Shown piece by piece: positions 29,183 to 42,300 of a DNA stretch of 64,000 nucleotides (the stretch's first letter is position 1; each line of letters opens with the position of its first letter). A model generated the notes under the pieces. That model was not told where the DNA came from. It searched no databases and saw only the letters and a list, made by a program, of their open reading frames with translations. The DNA lies in assembly GCA_043732185.1 (NCBI GenBank), contig JAYTHY010000112.1, forward strand, positions 64,001 through 128,000, read 5' to 3'. Made by a program: the position numbers and the translations under genes. Origin of the DNA: Fibrobacteria bacterium (lineage in GTDB: Bacteria > Fibrobacterota > Fibrobacteria > UBA11236).

Positions 29183-30282
29183 CCTTTATCGGCCAAAACC
29201 TGGTCCAGTGCCACGGATCCGGTCAATATCACACCTAGGATCACTTTTTGCATAGTGGAGGGTATGCCAACTTGTTCCATTCCATTCAATATACTGGCCA
29301 TAAGCAATGCGCCCAGCAAGGACATCCACACATTTCCAGAACCGCCACGCAAACTGGTGCCCCCGATGACGCAGGCCGCAATAGCATTCAGTTCCTGGTA
29401 GTCCCCGATATCGGCAGCCGATGCCATTAACTGCGAGGTGGCAACTAGGCCCGCCAACCAAGTGAGCATGGCCATGAGCATAAATACACCGATGGTATGC
29501 CAGTGAATGGAGATACCGGAATATTCCGCTGCTTGACGATTGGAGCCTATTGCAAAAACATGACGTCCAAAGCGCGTGCGCACTGCCAAGGTATGGCATA
29601 CTGCTGCCGTAAGCAACATGGCCACAACGCAAACAGGAACTCCGCGGTCGGCATTGGCAATGGCAACAAAGACGAATGCGACGACTATCCAAATTGCCGA
29701 TTCCAAACCGGAGCGCCAACCTGAAATCTCAGGCAAGCTGTGTTTCTTCCGCTCTATCGCACTTTGCCATGCGAGGCCGATTCGCATTGCCGCGAAAAGG
29801 CTTGCTGCGGCATAGCTTTGACCAGTTGAGAGATAACCTTGTCCCAAATATAAAAGTCCGGGATTTTGAATGGGAATAACTGGGTTGGCTAGATATTGCT
29901 TAAGCCCTGTATAGGCCATGAGCCCACTCAAGGTGGCAATGAAAGCCGGAACTTTTAAATAGGCAACCACCGATCCATGAATGAGGCCCATCAACAGAGC
30001 CAGGCAAAGGCTAATGCCTAGTGCCGTCCATATTGAAAACGGGTAGTGGTACAGGCAATAGGCGTTCACTGCACCGAGCAGTCCCAGTCCGGCTCCCACA
30101 GACAAATCAATATTCCCAGCGGCCATTACAAAAGTCATACCCGTAGCCAAAATTCCAACTACAGTTAGGTATTTGAAAAGGTTCACCATGTTTCCGGCTG
30201 TAAGAACTGCGCCTCCGGACCAAAAGTGGAATGCCACCCAAAGGATGGGAATGATCAGAATAAGAGCAAGAGTGCGTTTCAT
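29179..30282 (-). CDS. xylH: Monosaccharide (xylose-type, CUT2) ABC permease
   Basis: GMTFVMAAGNIDLSVG, VPAFIATL, TRFGRHVFAIGSN, ELNAIAACVIGGTSLRGG; ATG 30282 overlaps the ATPase stop. Confidence 0.82.
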   Translation of the reverse strand: MKRTLALILIIPILWVAFHFWSGGAVLTAGNMVNLFKYLTVVGILATGMTFVMAAGNIDLSVGAGLGLLGAVNAYCLYHYPFSIWTALGISLCLALLMGLIHGSVVAYLKVPAFIATLSGLMAYTGLKQYLANPVIPIQNPGLLYLGQGYLSTGQSYAAASLFAAMRIGLAWQSAIERKKHSLPEISGWRSGLESAIWIVVAFVFVAIANADRGVPVCVVAMLLTAAVCHTLAVRTRFGRHVFAIGSNRQAAEYSGISIHWHTIGVFMLMAMLTWLAGLVATSQLMASAADIGDYQELNAIAACVIGGTSLRGGSGNVWMSLLGALLMASILNGMEQVGIPSTMQKVILGVILTGSVALDQVLADKG

Positions 30283-31862
30283 AGAGCTGCGCCTCCCGCG
30301 CAAAGTTCCAAAATGGTTTGCGAGTCTGCTTCCGCTGCCGCGTATGTACCGACCATGTGGCCTTGGCGTAGAACCAAAATGCGATGGGATAGGCGTAAGA
30401 CTTCTTCATTCTCGGAAGAGATGAGAAGGATGCCGATGCCGACCTTCGATAAACTTTGAATGATGCGATATATCTCGGCCTTTGCTCCAATATCTACGCC
30501 GCGCGTCGGATCGTCCAATAACAGTAGGCGCGGTTTGGTCAACAACCATTTGGCCAGGACGACCTTTTGCTGATTGCCTCCGGATAGCAAACCCGCTGGG
30601 AATTCCCCATGCAAGGTTTTTATGCCGAGGTCATGAATAGACAATTCCGTTTGCCGCATTTCCTTATTTGTATTTATGAATTGAAAAAACTGACAGAATT
30701 GTTTCAAACAGGCACTGGTAATATTATGCCGAATGCTTTGCTGCAACATTAAACCGTTTTGCCTTCGGTTTTCCGGGACCAGCGCTATGCCAGCGGACAC
30801 AGCTTGTTTTGGATGGGTGGGCACATAGGGTCGCCCCGCAATTTCTATACGCCCTGTTCCGGGCACCGGACCCATTCCGAATAACGATTCAACCAACTCC
30901 GTTCGGCCTGCCCCCATTAATCCCACTAAGCCCAAAATTTCGCCATGGGCCAAATCAAAGGATATGTTATCCAGAATCGATACTTCTTTATTGCGGGCTG
31001 ACAAAACACTCCAGTTACGGACGCTCAATAGGGGAGGGTCTACTGCGGGAGGTGGGGGCGTGCGAGCTGGAAAGGCATCGTCGAGTGTGCGGCCCAGCAT
31101 CAGTTGGACCACCTTTGCGGGCGTGGAGTCTGCCTTTGATACTGTTTCCACGCTGCTGCCATTGCGTAGAACGGTTATCCGGTCGGCAATGGCAAAGACC
31201 TCGTCGAGTTTATGGGAAACGTAGACGATACTCTGCCCGTCTGCCCTTAAGGTGCGGAGCAAATCAAGGAGGATATCGGATTCGCGCGCCGTTAAAGCGG
31301 AGGTGAGCTCATCTAAAATCAGGATGCGACCTGTTCCAGGGCCCGAATCGGTTTTGGGCTCTGCCAATTTCAGATCCGGGTGCACCATCAAGGCTCTGGC
31401 TATCTCGACCAGTTGCATATTTCCAATCGTCAGTTCTGCAACTGTTTGGTGTGGCTTTATGTCCTTACGTCCCAAGGTTGCCAGTAACCGCGCGGTTTCC
31501 GCTTCCATGCGTAGCCTATCGATCCATCCATTCCGAGTCAGTTCCTGACCCAGAAATATGTTTTCTGCTACGGTTAAATCCAGCGCCAGGGACAACTCCT
31601 GGTGTATGACGACAATTCCATTTGACTTGGCCTCGCCTGGGCCGGTGAATTGGCATGCCTCCCCCTGTTTTAGCACGGTACCAGTATAGGCACCCCAGGG
31701 AAGGATCCCAGCCAGAATTTTGATTAGGGTGGACTTGCCTGCGCCGTTTTCGCCGCACAGTGCATGGATTTCTCCAGGATATAAATCCATATCCACCTGA
31801 GTGAGGGCGGGTACGCCCGCATAGGCCTTGGCTAGGCCGCGTATCGAAAGAATTTGGACCAC
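30279..31862 (-). CDS. xylG: Monosaccharide ABC ATP-binding protein with two NBD halves
   Basis: GENGAGKSTL, GLMGAGRTEL, LSGGNQQKV, LLDDPTRGVDIGAKAEIY. Confidence 0.88.
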   Translation of the reverse strand: MVQILSIRGLAKAYAGVPALTQVDMDLYPGEIHALCGENGAGKSTLIKILAGILPWGAYTGTVLKQGEACQFTGPGEAKSNGIVVIHQELSLALDLTVAENIFLGQELTRNGWIDRLRMEAETARLLATLGRKDIKPHQTVAELTIGNMQLVEIARALMVHPDLKLAEPKTDSGPGTGRILILDELTSALTARESDILLDLLRTLRADGQSIVYVSHKLDEVFAIADRITVLRNGSSVETVSKADSTPAKVVQLMLGRTLDDAFPARTPPPPAVDPPLLSVRNWSVLSARNKEVSILDNISFDLAHGEILGLVGLMGAGRTELVESLFGMGPVPGTGRIEIAGRPYVPTHPKQAVSAGIALVPENRRQNGLMLQQSIRHNITSACLKQFCQFFQFINTNKEMRQTELSIHDLGIKTLHGEFPAGLLSGGNQQKVVLAKWLLTKPRLLLLDDPTRGVDIGAKAEIYRIIQSLSKVGIGILLISSENEEVLRLSHRILVLRQGHMVGTYAAAEADSQTILELCAGGAAL

Positions 31863-31878
31863 GTTCCTTGGTCTTTAA

Positions 31879-33039
31879 TTACTGGCCTGCTGTGACGCTG
31901 CCGATGATTTCTTCTTTGGTATGGTAACCGTCGGCAACCACAGTCTCCATTAGGTTTTCCTTGGTGACTGGAATTGGCGTGAGAAAAACTGCGGGAACCT
32001 GAAATGTACCATTGGCGATTTTAACTTCGGAAACTGTGGAATCGTTGTTTGGCTGCGTAGTTTCTATTGCCTGACCAGAGTTTTCAGTGTTTTGTCCCAG
32101 CGCAGCCTTCTCGGCCTTCACTGCCGCGACAGCCGCATATTCTGCAAGTGCGCGAATAGGTTTGTATACGGTTACCGTTTGAATGCCTTTCCAAATGTAT
32201 TGACAGGCAATAAGGTCGGCATCCTGCCCGGATACTGGCACCTTTCCGGCAAGCTTTTTGTCCTCCAAAGCCGATATTGCGCCGGAAGCGGTGCCGTCGT
32301 TGCTGGCGAGAATGGCGTCCACCTGATACTTTTGCAATGCATCTGCGGTGATGCGGCGCGCCTCCGATCGAAGCCATTTGTCACAGGCTTGATTGGCCAC
32401 GATTTTTATATCGCCTCGGTCCAAATAGGGCTGAAGCACTTTCATATGGCCTGCATGGACCATATCCGAATTTTTGTCGGCAGGATCCCCGCGTAAGATC
32501 AGGTAATTTCCCTTGGGTTTTTTACCCACCAAAGCCTGAGCTTGGATTTCCCCCACTTTTTCATTGTCAAAAGACAAGTATAGGTCTACTTCCGAATCGG
32601 CAATGAGTCGATCATAAGAGATCACTTTAACATGTTTGGCATGGGCATTCAGAACAATAGGTCGGGCGGCGTCTGCATTTTTTGGAACCACCACCAATAC
32701 CTGAACGCCTTTTGCCAAGAGCCCATCGCATTGCCGGGCCTGCGAATTGGGATCTCCGCCAGCATCTTGGACAATAACTCGGGCCCCTAGACTTTCAGCT
32801 TTGGCGACAAAATAATCTCGATCGCGTTGCCATCTTTCCTCTTTAAGATCGGCCAGAGAAAGCCCAATTAATACCTGTGCAGACTTTAGGTTGTGGGAAG
32901 AGTTGTCTGTTTTGGCTGTATCTTTTTGTGATTGGCAACCCAGCATGCAAACGCCAAGGATGACCATGGCCCATTTCAAGAGGCCCAAGCCCTGGGTCAA
33001 TGCCGGCTTGGCTGCAATGGCAGATTTTATAGGTGACAT
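31879..33039 (-). CDS. xylF: D-xylose-type ABC substrate-binding lipoprotein
   Basis: ATG 33039 after AAAGGA; lipobox MLGC; EERWQRDRDYF, VISYDRLI, LSFDNEKVG, ASNDGTA, SGQDADL, TVYKPI. Confidence 0.85.
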   Translation of the reverse strand: MSPIKSAIAAKPALTQGLGLLKWAMVILGVCMLGCQSQKDTAKTDNSSHNLKSAQVLIGLSLADLKEERWQRDRDYFVAKAESLGARVIVQDAGGDPNSQARQCDGLLAKGVQVLVVVPKNADAARPIVLNAHAKHVKVISYDRLIADSEVDLYLSFDNEKVGEIQAQALVGKKPKGNYLILRGDPADKNSDMVHAGHMKVLQPYLDRGDIKIVANQACDKWLRSEARRITADALQKYQVDAILASNDGTASGAISALEDKKLAGKVPVSGQDADLIACQYIWKGIQTVTVYKPIRALAEYAAVAAVKAEKAALGQNTENSGQAIETTQPNNDSTVSEVKIANGTFQVPAVFLTPIPVTKENLMETVVADGYHTKEEIIGSVTAGQ

Positions 33040-33328
33040 TAAACAGATCCTTTCAAATAACTGGATGGAAATGGCTAAGGTAGAATTATTCACAATCCCT
33101 TTCTAAAAAAACCCTAATGTGAAATCCAATAGCAACGGACCCAATTTTCTTGTGATAAAGCTCACAGCCTAGTTTAGGTTTTACATCAGACTTAGCGTTA
33201 ACTCCACCGAATTTGGGGTACTGGAGCTTCTGTTTTAGAATGTCGCATTGACCCTGATCCTTACCATACGATAAGATTCCCAGGAGCCCGATCGTTTTCA
33301 GTCGAGGTTTTGAACGGAAAAACCATAA

Positions 33329-36300
33329 GTGGATTCGCACTGTTTTAGAGCACATAGGAGTTGGAGCGGGGGCCGTGCCAGTGCATGGGCTTGGGTGGGA
33401 ATGTGTTTCCTGATAGGCTCGGCTTTCGGGACAACGCGCACATGGAATGGTGGTGGCGGCAACGACCTGTGGAGTACTTCGGCAAACTGGGGCGCCACAG
33501 GAGTTCCTGTAGCCGGAGATGACTTGCAATTTGGCGGATCGACTCGGCTAACCCCCAGCAACGATATTGCGGCGGCCACGAGTTTTAATTCCATAACCTT
33601 TAATTCAGGAGCGGGTGCATTTACACTGTCCAACAACAGTATCACATTGGCCGGAAGCATCACTAATAGTTCGTCCAACACTCAAACCATAAGTTTTGCG
33701 ATTGCAACAACTGCGGTACGTACCGTTGACTGTGCCAGCGGCAATATTTCCTTGACAGGTGTGATCAGTGGCACGGGAGGTGGGATAGCTAAGGCCGGTT
33801 CGAACTCCCTTTTATTGAGCGGGACGAATACTTTTACGGGTGGCGTGAATTTGAATGCCGGTAGGATAAACGGAGAAAATACGGCGGCATATGGGACAGG
33901 TACAGTAACATGCGCAAACGGGACCAGCCTGGGCGGCACAAATGGCTCTGATTATACCTATGCCAATGCCTTTGCGCTTACAAGCGGAACAGTAACTTTT
34001 ATTGCCCAATTTTCTGGGGGCATTGACATGGGGGTCAGTGGCATTATCAGTGGCAGTGGTGCCATGCAGGTAACCTCTGATCCAAGTGGAAGAAGATTTA
34101 CCCTATCGGGAAACAATACCTTTTCTGGAGGGGTGACTCTTGGTTCGACTAACTCAAGTGCGCGATTAATTGTAGGGCATAACAATGCCTTAGGATCGGG
34201 AACTTTGACAGTTGATCAAACTGGAGCCGGAGGTTTAGAGGTCAATGGCGCCTATACCATACCTAATAATATTGTCGTCAATTCTGGAAAAACCTTGCGC
34301 TTGGGGCAAAATGACGCCTCTGCAGTCACTCTTTCTGGTATCATATCCAGTTCAGGAGGAGTACAAAAATACAATACCGGTACCTGGACACTTTCCGGAA
34401 CCAACACCTACACTGGCGCAACAACAATTAGCCAAGGAACGCTGCAAGCGGGAAGTACCCAGGCTTTTGGTGTGAACTCTGCGGTTACTATGGCAAACGT
34501 GGCGTCTACGGTGCTCAACATTACCGGTTTTTCGAATTCAATCGGCTCCCTAACGGGAGGCGGTGGAACCGGCGGTACAGTTGTTTTGGGCGCAGCTACC
34601 TTGACCATTGGTGGTGATGGGACTAGCCCTTCAGCCTATGCTGGTGTGATTTCTGGAACGGGTGCCCTTACTAAAACCGGAAGTGGAACGATTACCTTTA
34701 GTGGCGCCAATACCTATACGGGTGCAACCACGGTTTCCGCCGGTAATTTGACGATTACGGCTACAAGTTACGGTACCGTTTCCTATGCGATTTCTTCCGG
34801 CGCTGTATTGGAATTTAACCTGTCGTCCAATGCCGATTACAGCGCGACGACTTTTACTGGAGCCGGCACTTTACGAAAATCTGGATCGTCCAGTATTGTA
34901 TGGAATGCTGCAGCAGCAATCTTTGGTTTGAGTTCCGGTGGTCTGATTGACGTGGTTGCTGGAACCTTTACCGGAAGCGCCAGCGCCAATGAAACTTGGG
35001 GCAGTAACTTATCCGATTTGACTGTTGCCAGTGGGGCTACTTTTACTGGAGTTGAAGGCAATATTATAGTTGATGCACTATCTGGGGCAGGTACGATAAA
35101 GAGTGGTTACCCTTGTTGCAGCTATGCAAATTTTACTTTTGGGGCAGACAATGGGAGCGGCACTTTTTCGGGTGTGATTGCGGATGACCAAACCACAGCC
35201 AATTTTGTAAAGACGGGAACGGGAACACAGACTCTTTCCGGTGCCAACACCTACACCGGTACAACGACAATCGCTAATGGCACCTTAAGTGTCAACACTA
35301 TTTTGTCTGTTTCAGGCGGCGCAAGCGCTTTGGGAGCACCTACCTCGGCTGCTAATGGGACCATCGCGTTAGGCAGCACCACAACAACGGGCGTTTTGGT
35401 TTATACTGGAGGGACTCAGTCTACTGATAGAGTGCTCAACCTGGCGGGTACCACCGGGGGTGGTACAGTGGATCAATCCGGAAGCGGCGTATTGACATTT
35501 AGCAGCGCGTTGACGGCAACGGGAGTGGGATCCAAAACTTTGACCTTGCAAGGTTCCACGGCAAGTGGTGGCGTAATTTCCGCGGCTATCGTGAATGGGT
35601 CAGGTACCACGGCAGTTACCAAGGCTGGAACGGGTACATGGACTTTGAGTGGCGCAAACACATTTACAGGTGCATTTGCTTTTAATGCCGGAACCATTAT
35701 TCCGCATAATAACGCGGCTTTTGGAGCCAGCAATACGGTGACTTGTGCAGCTGGCGGGGTTACCATAACTGGAACGGATGGAGGGGATTACACCTATGCC
35801 AACGCCTTCGTATTGAACGGTACCGTCACGGTTACAATTCCATTCACAAGTGGATTTGATTGTGGAATCTCCGGTGTCGTTTCCGGCACGGGCAATTTTC
35901 TGGTAAACTCGATTGGCAGCTCAGGAGGGAGACGGTTTCACTTACATGCAACCAATACCTTTTCAGGTGGTATCACGCTAGGCACAGGCGGTTCGGAATA
36001 TGCGCGTCTTGAGGTGTATCTCGCTGCCTCAATGGGAACAGGGACACTGACCATTAATCAAAATCCTGGGGCATTTTTAAAAGGATTGGAAAATAAAGCA
36101 GCCCTAACCGCCACCAACAACATCGTGATCAATTCCGGGATGCGTTTTTATGTCGGCAATTCACCCACCGGAGACATGGTTCTTTCTGGAATCATATCGG
36201 GAGCAGGAAATATAGAGAAAGTGGGCGCAAATGTGGTTACGCTCAGCGGTGTCAATACCTATACGGGTACGACTACGGTTACCGCGGGAAAGTTGGCTGC

Positions 36301-39300
36301 GGGAGTGGCCACCCAGGCTTTTGGGGTTAACTCCGCAGTGACCATGGCTAATGTAGCCACCGCAATTCTGGACATCACCGGATTTTCCAACACCATCGGA
36401 TCCTTGACTGGGGGTGGGGGCACGGGCGGAACTGTCACGCTTGGGGCCGCTTCTTTGACTATTGGGGGAGACAACACCAGTCCGGCGGCTTATGCCGGAG
36501 TTATTTCCGGAACGGGAGGTGTAACCAAATCCGGAACTGGAACACTTATCCTTTCCGCCTTGAATACCTACACAGGTGCAACTGCCGTTCAGAACGGGAC
36601 ATTGAGCATCAACACCATTCTATCCGTGTCTGGGGGAGCCAGCGCGGTGGGAGCGCCCACCACAGCCGGCAATGGCACCATCGCTTTGGGCAGCACTTCC
36701 ACAACCGGAATCTTGGTGTACACGGGCCCGGTCCAATCCACGGATCGGGTTCTCAATCTGTCAGGCACTACCGGTGGTGGCACAGTCGATCAATCGGGCT
36801 CGGGAACGTTAACCTTCTCCAGTAATTTGACGGCAACGGGAGTGGGCGCTAAGACTCTGACCCTACAAGGCTCTACGGGAAGCGGCGGTGTTATTTCCGG
36901 CCTTATTGTCGATGGCTCCGGTACCACCGGTGTTACCAAGGCCGGAACCGGAACCTGGACTTTGAGTGGTGCGAATACCTACACCTTGGCAACGGCAATT
37001 CAGGACGGCACCCTCAGCATCAACACCCTCAAAAGTGTTTCCGGCGGGGCCAGCGCCATAGGCGCACCTGTTACAGCAGGCAACGGCACCATTGCCCTAG
37101 GCAGTACCACCACGACCGGCACGCTGGTATATACGGGTGCGGTACAATCCACAGATCGGGTCCTCAATCTAGCCGGTACCACTGGCGGGGGAACCGTTGA
37201 CCAATCAGGCTCTGGCACGCTGACTTTTTCCAGCAACTTGACGGCAACGGGAGCGGGTGCAAAAACCTTAACCCTGCAAGGTTCCACGGGTAGCGGAGGC
37301 GTAGTTTCTGGCCTCATCGTTGATGGCTCCGGTACCACGGCTGTTACCAAGACCGGTACCGGAACCTGGACCTTGAGCGGTGCGAATACCTATACCTTGG
37401 CAACGTCAATCCAGAATGGCACGCTGAGCATCAATACCATCAAGAGCGTTTCTGGTGGCGCCAGTGCTGTGGGCGCACCGGTCACGGCAGGCAATGGCAC
37501 CATTGCCTTAGGCAGCACGACCACGACGGGAACTTTGGTCTATACCGGCGCTGTTCAATCTACGGATCGGGTGCTCAATCTGGCAGGTACCACTGGGGGT
37601 GGCACGGTCGATCAATCAGGCTCGGGTACACTGACTTTTTCCAGCAACTTGACAGCAACGGGAGCAGGTGCCAAGACACTGACCCTCCAGGGCTCCACGG
37701 GTAGCGGGGGTGTGATTTCAGGTCTTATTGTCGATGGCTCCGGTACCACGGCCGTTACTAAAGTTGGAACCGGCACCTGGACTTTGAGTGGAGCGAATAC
37801 CTACACCTTGGCAACGGTAATTCAGGACGGGACACTGAGCATCAATACCATCAAGAGTGTTTCTGGTGGCGCCAGCGCCGTGGGTGCCCCTGTCACAGCA
37901 GGCAATGGAACGATCGCCTTAGGCAGTACCACCACAACCGGTACCTTGGTGTACACGGGCGCCGTTCAATCGACGGATCGAGTGCTCAACCTGGCAGGAA
38001 CGACCGGGGGCGGCACTGTAGATCAATCGGGATCTGGTTCGCTGACTTTTTCCAGCAATTTGACGGCCACTGGGGCGGGCGCAAAAACCTTAACCCTTCA
38101 GGGCTCCACGGGAAGCGGCGGTGTACTCTCCGGTCTAATTGTTGATGGCTCCGGTACCACTGCGGTTACCAAGGTCGGAACTGGAACCTGGACTTTGAGC
38201 GGGGCGAATACATATACATTGGCGACCACAATCCAGGACGGTTCCTTAAGCATAAACACGATAAAGAGTGTATCAGGCGGTGCCAGCGCTTTGGGAGCAC
38301 CCGTTACGGCCGGTAATGGAACCATCGCTCTTGGCAGCACATCCACAACCGGCACTTTGGTGTACACCGGCGCAGTTCAATCCACGGACCGGGTACTCAA
38401 TCTGGCAGGAACTACCGGAGGTGGCACGGTGGATCAATCTGGCTCTGGAACGCTGACTTTTTCCAGTAATTTGACGGCAACGGGAGTGGGCGCCAAGACA
38501 TTGACTCTACAGGGGTCAACAGGCAGTGGCGGCGCACTTTCAGCCGCTATCGTAAACGGTTCCGGCACAACTTCAGTAACAAAAGCGGGTACCGGCACCT
38601 GGACGCTTTCCGGTACCAACACATACACCGGGGCAACCACCGTTAATGCGGGAACTTTGGCAGCCGGTTCCACCCAGGCCTTCGGTGTCAACTCCGCCGT
38701 AACCATGGCCAATGTCGCTTCAACCATATTGAATATCACCGGGTATGCCAACTCCATTGGTTCCATAACCGGCGGTGGTGGGACGGGTGGCAATGTGACG
38801 CTGGGTGCGGCTATATTGACGATAGGCGGAGACAATACCACCCCCGCAGCCTACGGCGGCGTTATAAGTGGCACCGGTGGAATCACCAAAGCTGGAACCG
38901 GCACCTGTACTTTATCCGGAACGAATACTTACACTGGTGCGACCACCGTAAACGCGGGATCTTTGGCGGCCGGTTCCACCCAAGCCTTTGGAGTGAGCTC
39001 GGCTGTGACAATGGCCAATGTGGCTTCGGCGATTTTGAATATCACGGGGTATTCCAATTCTATCGGATCTTTAACAGGTGGTGGCACCACTGGCGGCAAT
39101 GTGACGCTGGGTGCGGCGACATTGACAATCGGCGGGAACAACACCAGCCCGGCAGCCTATGGGGGTGTCATTAGCGGGGCGAGCGGCAGCTTGGTTAAGG
39201 CCGGTTCCGGCACCTTGACGCTTTTAGGTTATCAAAACACCTTCACCGGAACCGTAACTGTAAACGCCGGGACAATTTCGACTACCGCTCCGAATTTGGG

Positions 39301-42300
39301 GAGCTCAGGAGCCCTTGGGTCTGCCACTTCGATAACCATTAACAGTGGTGGAACCATTTCCGCCGATGGCGACAACTCTTTCGTCGGTGATGGCACATCA
39401 GGGGCAAAGACCATAACCATCAATACCGGCGGCCTTCTCACCAGTACCAGCAACTACACCAACCATTTGCATGCCCTGGTCCTAAACGGAGGCACCTTAT
39501 CCGCCACAACGAACAATACCACTTGGGGCAATTGGAATTTTGATTACACGGTCTCGACGCCAGGGAGCAGCAGCACCACGTCCACCATTTCCGGTGGGAT
39601 TGGAGCATTTAGCCAGTCTGGTGGCACGATATTCAATATTGGTGCAGGCGATGCACTCAATGTATCCATGGTGCTGTCACACACCACTTCCGCTCCAGAT
39701 AATGGACTTACCAAATCCGGCACTGGCACGATGACGCTTTCAGGCGTCAACACCTACACGAGCGCCACTACGGTTTCCGCCGGGACCTTATCGATAACCG
39801 GTTCGACGGCTTCGGGAACGGCGGTAACCGTGGGCACGGGCGCGACACTCATGGGGACGGGTACGGTATCAGGTACCGTCACGATTCAGGATGGAGGCAC
39901 AGAATCCCCCGGTGTGGCCAGCGCGTCCACGCTCACAACCGGCACGCACGTGTTCGCGAATACCTCCGTGCTTACCTACACTTTGGGAACCACCAGCGAT
40001 AAAATCGTCTCCGCCGGAAACCTCTTTTTGGACGGTACCATAAATGTTACTGCCGGAGCCGGTTTCGGAACTGGAACCTATCCCATCATGACCTATTCCG
40101 GATTTTTGACGGACAGGACGCTTGATGTCGGCACCATGCCTACTGGATATGCCGGTTATATATCGGCCAGCGGCGGCACCGTAAACCTCAATGTGACGGA
40201 TTTTACCGGATGGACGTATCTCTCCCGCATCCAATTCAATACCACCTCCACCGGCGGTAATGTCAGCGGCAATGTCACCAACTTTCCCATGTTGGTCCGC
40301 CTGGATTCCAACAATTTTATTTTCGAACAAGCCCAGCCGGATGGCAGGGATATCCGCTTTGCCGATCCGGATGGTACCGCTTTGTCTTATGATATAGAAC
40401 GCTGGGACGCCACTTTAAAAAAAGCGGAAATCTGGGTCAAGGTGCCGCAAGTCGACGGCAATAGCGATCGCGATTATATCAATTGCTACTGGGGTAATTC
40501 CGGGGCCATCAGCCAAGCCAGCTCCAGCAGTGTTTTTGCCTCGGGTGGCGGGTTTGCGGGTGTATGGCATTTGAACAGTGCGTTCACGGACGCGTCCTCC
40601 AATGGGAACAACGGCACCAATACCAGTTCTACAGACTCTGTGGGAATTATTGGCCGGGCGCGGTCCTTCTTGTCAGGTTCTTCCCAATATGTGGAAATGC
40701 CTTATGCAGCCAGTTTGGACTTAGGAACCTTTTCCTTTTCAGCTTGGACCAAAATTGCCTCACTAGGTGCATCCAGGGGAATTATTTCATCGAGATTTGG
40801 TAGTGACAACACATTTGATGCCCAATGGAATACTTCAACACTGCATGCAGATATCGGTAACGGCACCGCATGGTTGTCGACCACCGCAGACTATTTAGCC
40901 AGTCCCACTATCAATACATGGTATTACGTAACATACACCGTAACAACCAACACCTACAGCATTTATCTAAACGGTACCTTGGTAGCAGGTCCGACGGCAT
41001 TTGCAGGCACTCCAGAATTCATGAAATCCGGTGAAACCTTGCGCATTGGACAAACTTCAGGCACTTATTTTGCCGGCCTGATCGATGAGCCCCGCGTGGA
41101 GAATGTGGTGCGCAATGCGGACTGGATTAAGCTGTCCTATGAAACCCAGCGCAGCAATTCCACTACTGTCATTTTTCCCAATACCGCACTGTCTACCTGG
41201 TCCTATTCCAATAAACTCTATGTCAATACCACTTCATCCGGTGCCAACACCACCGCCGACGTGACGAACTATCCACTTTTAGTTCGGCTAAACGGTGGCA
41301 ATTTTAATTTTGCGCAAGCCAAAACGGATGGTTCCGATTTGCGCTTTGTGGACAGCACCGGTGCGCTGCTTTCGTATGAATTGGAACGCTATGACGCCAC
41401 TAACAAAGTTGCCGATATTTGGGTACTCATCCCCACGGTCAAGGCCAACGACAATTCTCAATGGTTCAAAATGTATTGGGGCAAGTCGTCGGCATCCTCC
41501 TTGTCCTCCGCAGCATCCGTATTCCAATCATCCAATGGATTCGCTGCAGTATGGCACCTCAATGAAGATGGCAGCACAACTTCTGGGGGATATAAAGACG
41601 CTACCAGCAATGCCAATAACGGGACGGGTATTGCTTTAACCAACTCTTCAGATGTGGCAGCCGTCATCGGTACAGGGTCCAATTTCACCGGGGCCTCGAA
41701 TCAAGGCGTTACTTTCAACACAGCTACGAACTTACATTCCAATACGAACCTAACTTTGGAAGGATGGGTGAATACCACATCACAGGCAACCTATACGCGT
41801 CTTGTGAACAAGCCTTTCACTTCTGCGGTATCACCGTATAATGAATGGGGAATTGAATCTTCTGGAGCCGGCAATACATGGAATATGACTGCTACAATTG
41901 GTGGAACGGTCCGACAAGTTACTTCAACCACAGTCACGGCTAATGGCACATGGTATTACGTTACTGGAACATATGATGGTACTACGCTTAAAGTGTATAC
42001 AAATGGCAATCTTGAAGCGAGTGGTACCTATGCTGGCACTATCAATGATTATGCATCAAACGGATACTTAGGTCGCTGGATCAACACTGCGCAAAATTTG
42101 GATGGAAAACTGGATGAGGTGCGCGTATCCACCGCAACCCGCAGTGCGGACTTTATTAAGCTCAATTACGAAACACAGAAAATGGGTTCCGCTGTGGTTA
42201 GGGTCGGGTCCCGTCCATCCGATTACACAAATTCCGTACGCTTCAATTTCAATTCTACCAGTACCGGAGCCAATATTACCGGTACAGATGTCACCAATAT

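Noticed and set aside
12915..33172. CCTAG and TATTTT/TATATT words near several gene starts as a promoter consensus
   Set aside because: Too short, also present in coding regions, and spacing to starts is inconsistent
33086..33529. 147-aa minus-strand ORF between xylF and the giant gene
   Set aside because: Overlaps the giant gene's signal-peptide region and the divergent promoter; no recognisable features
36560..38614. Regular repeat array considered as CRISPR, DGR or mis-assembly
   Set aside because: In-frame 411-bp coding units with synonymous divergence; no spacers, cas genes or reverse transcriptase
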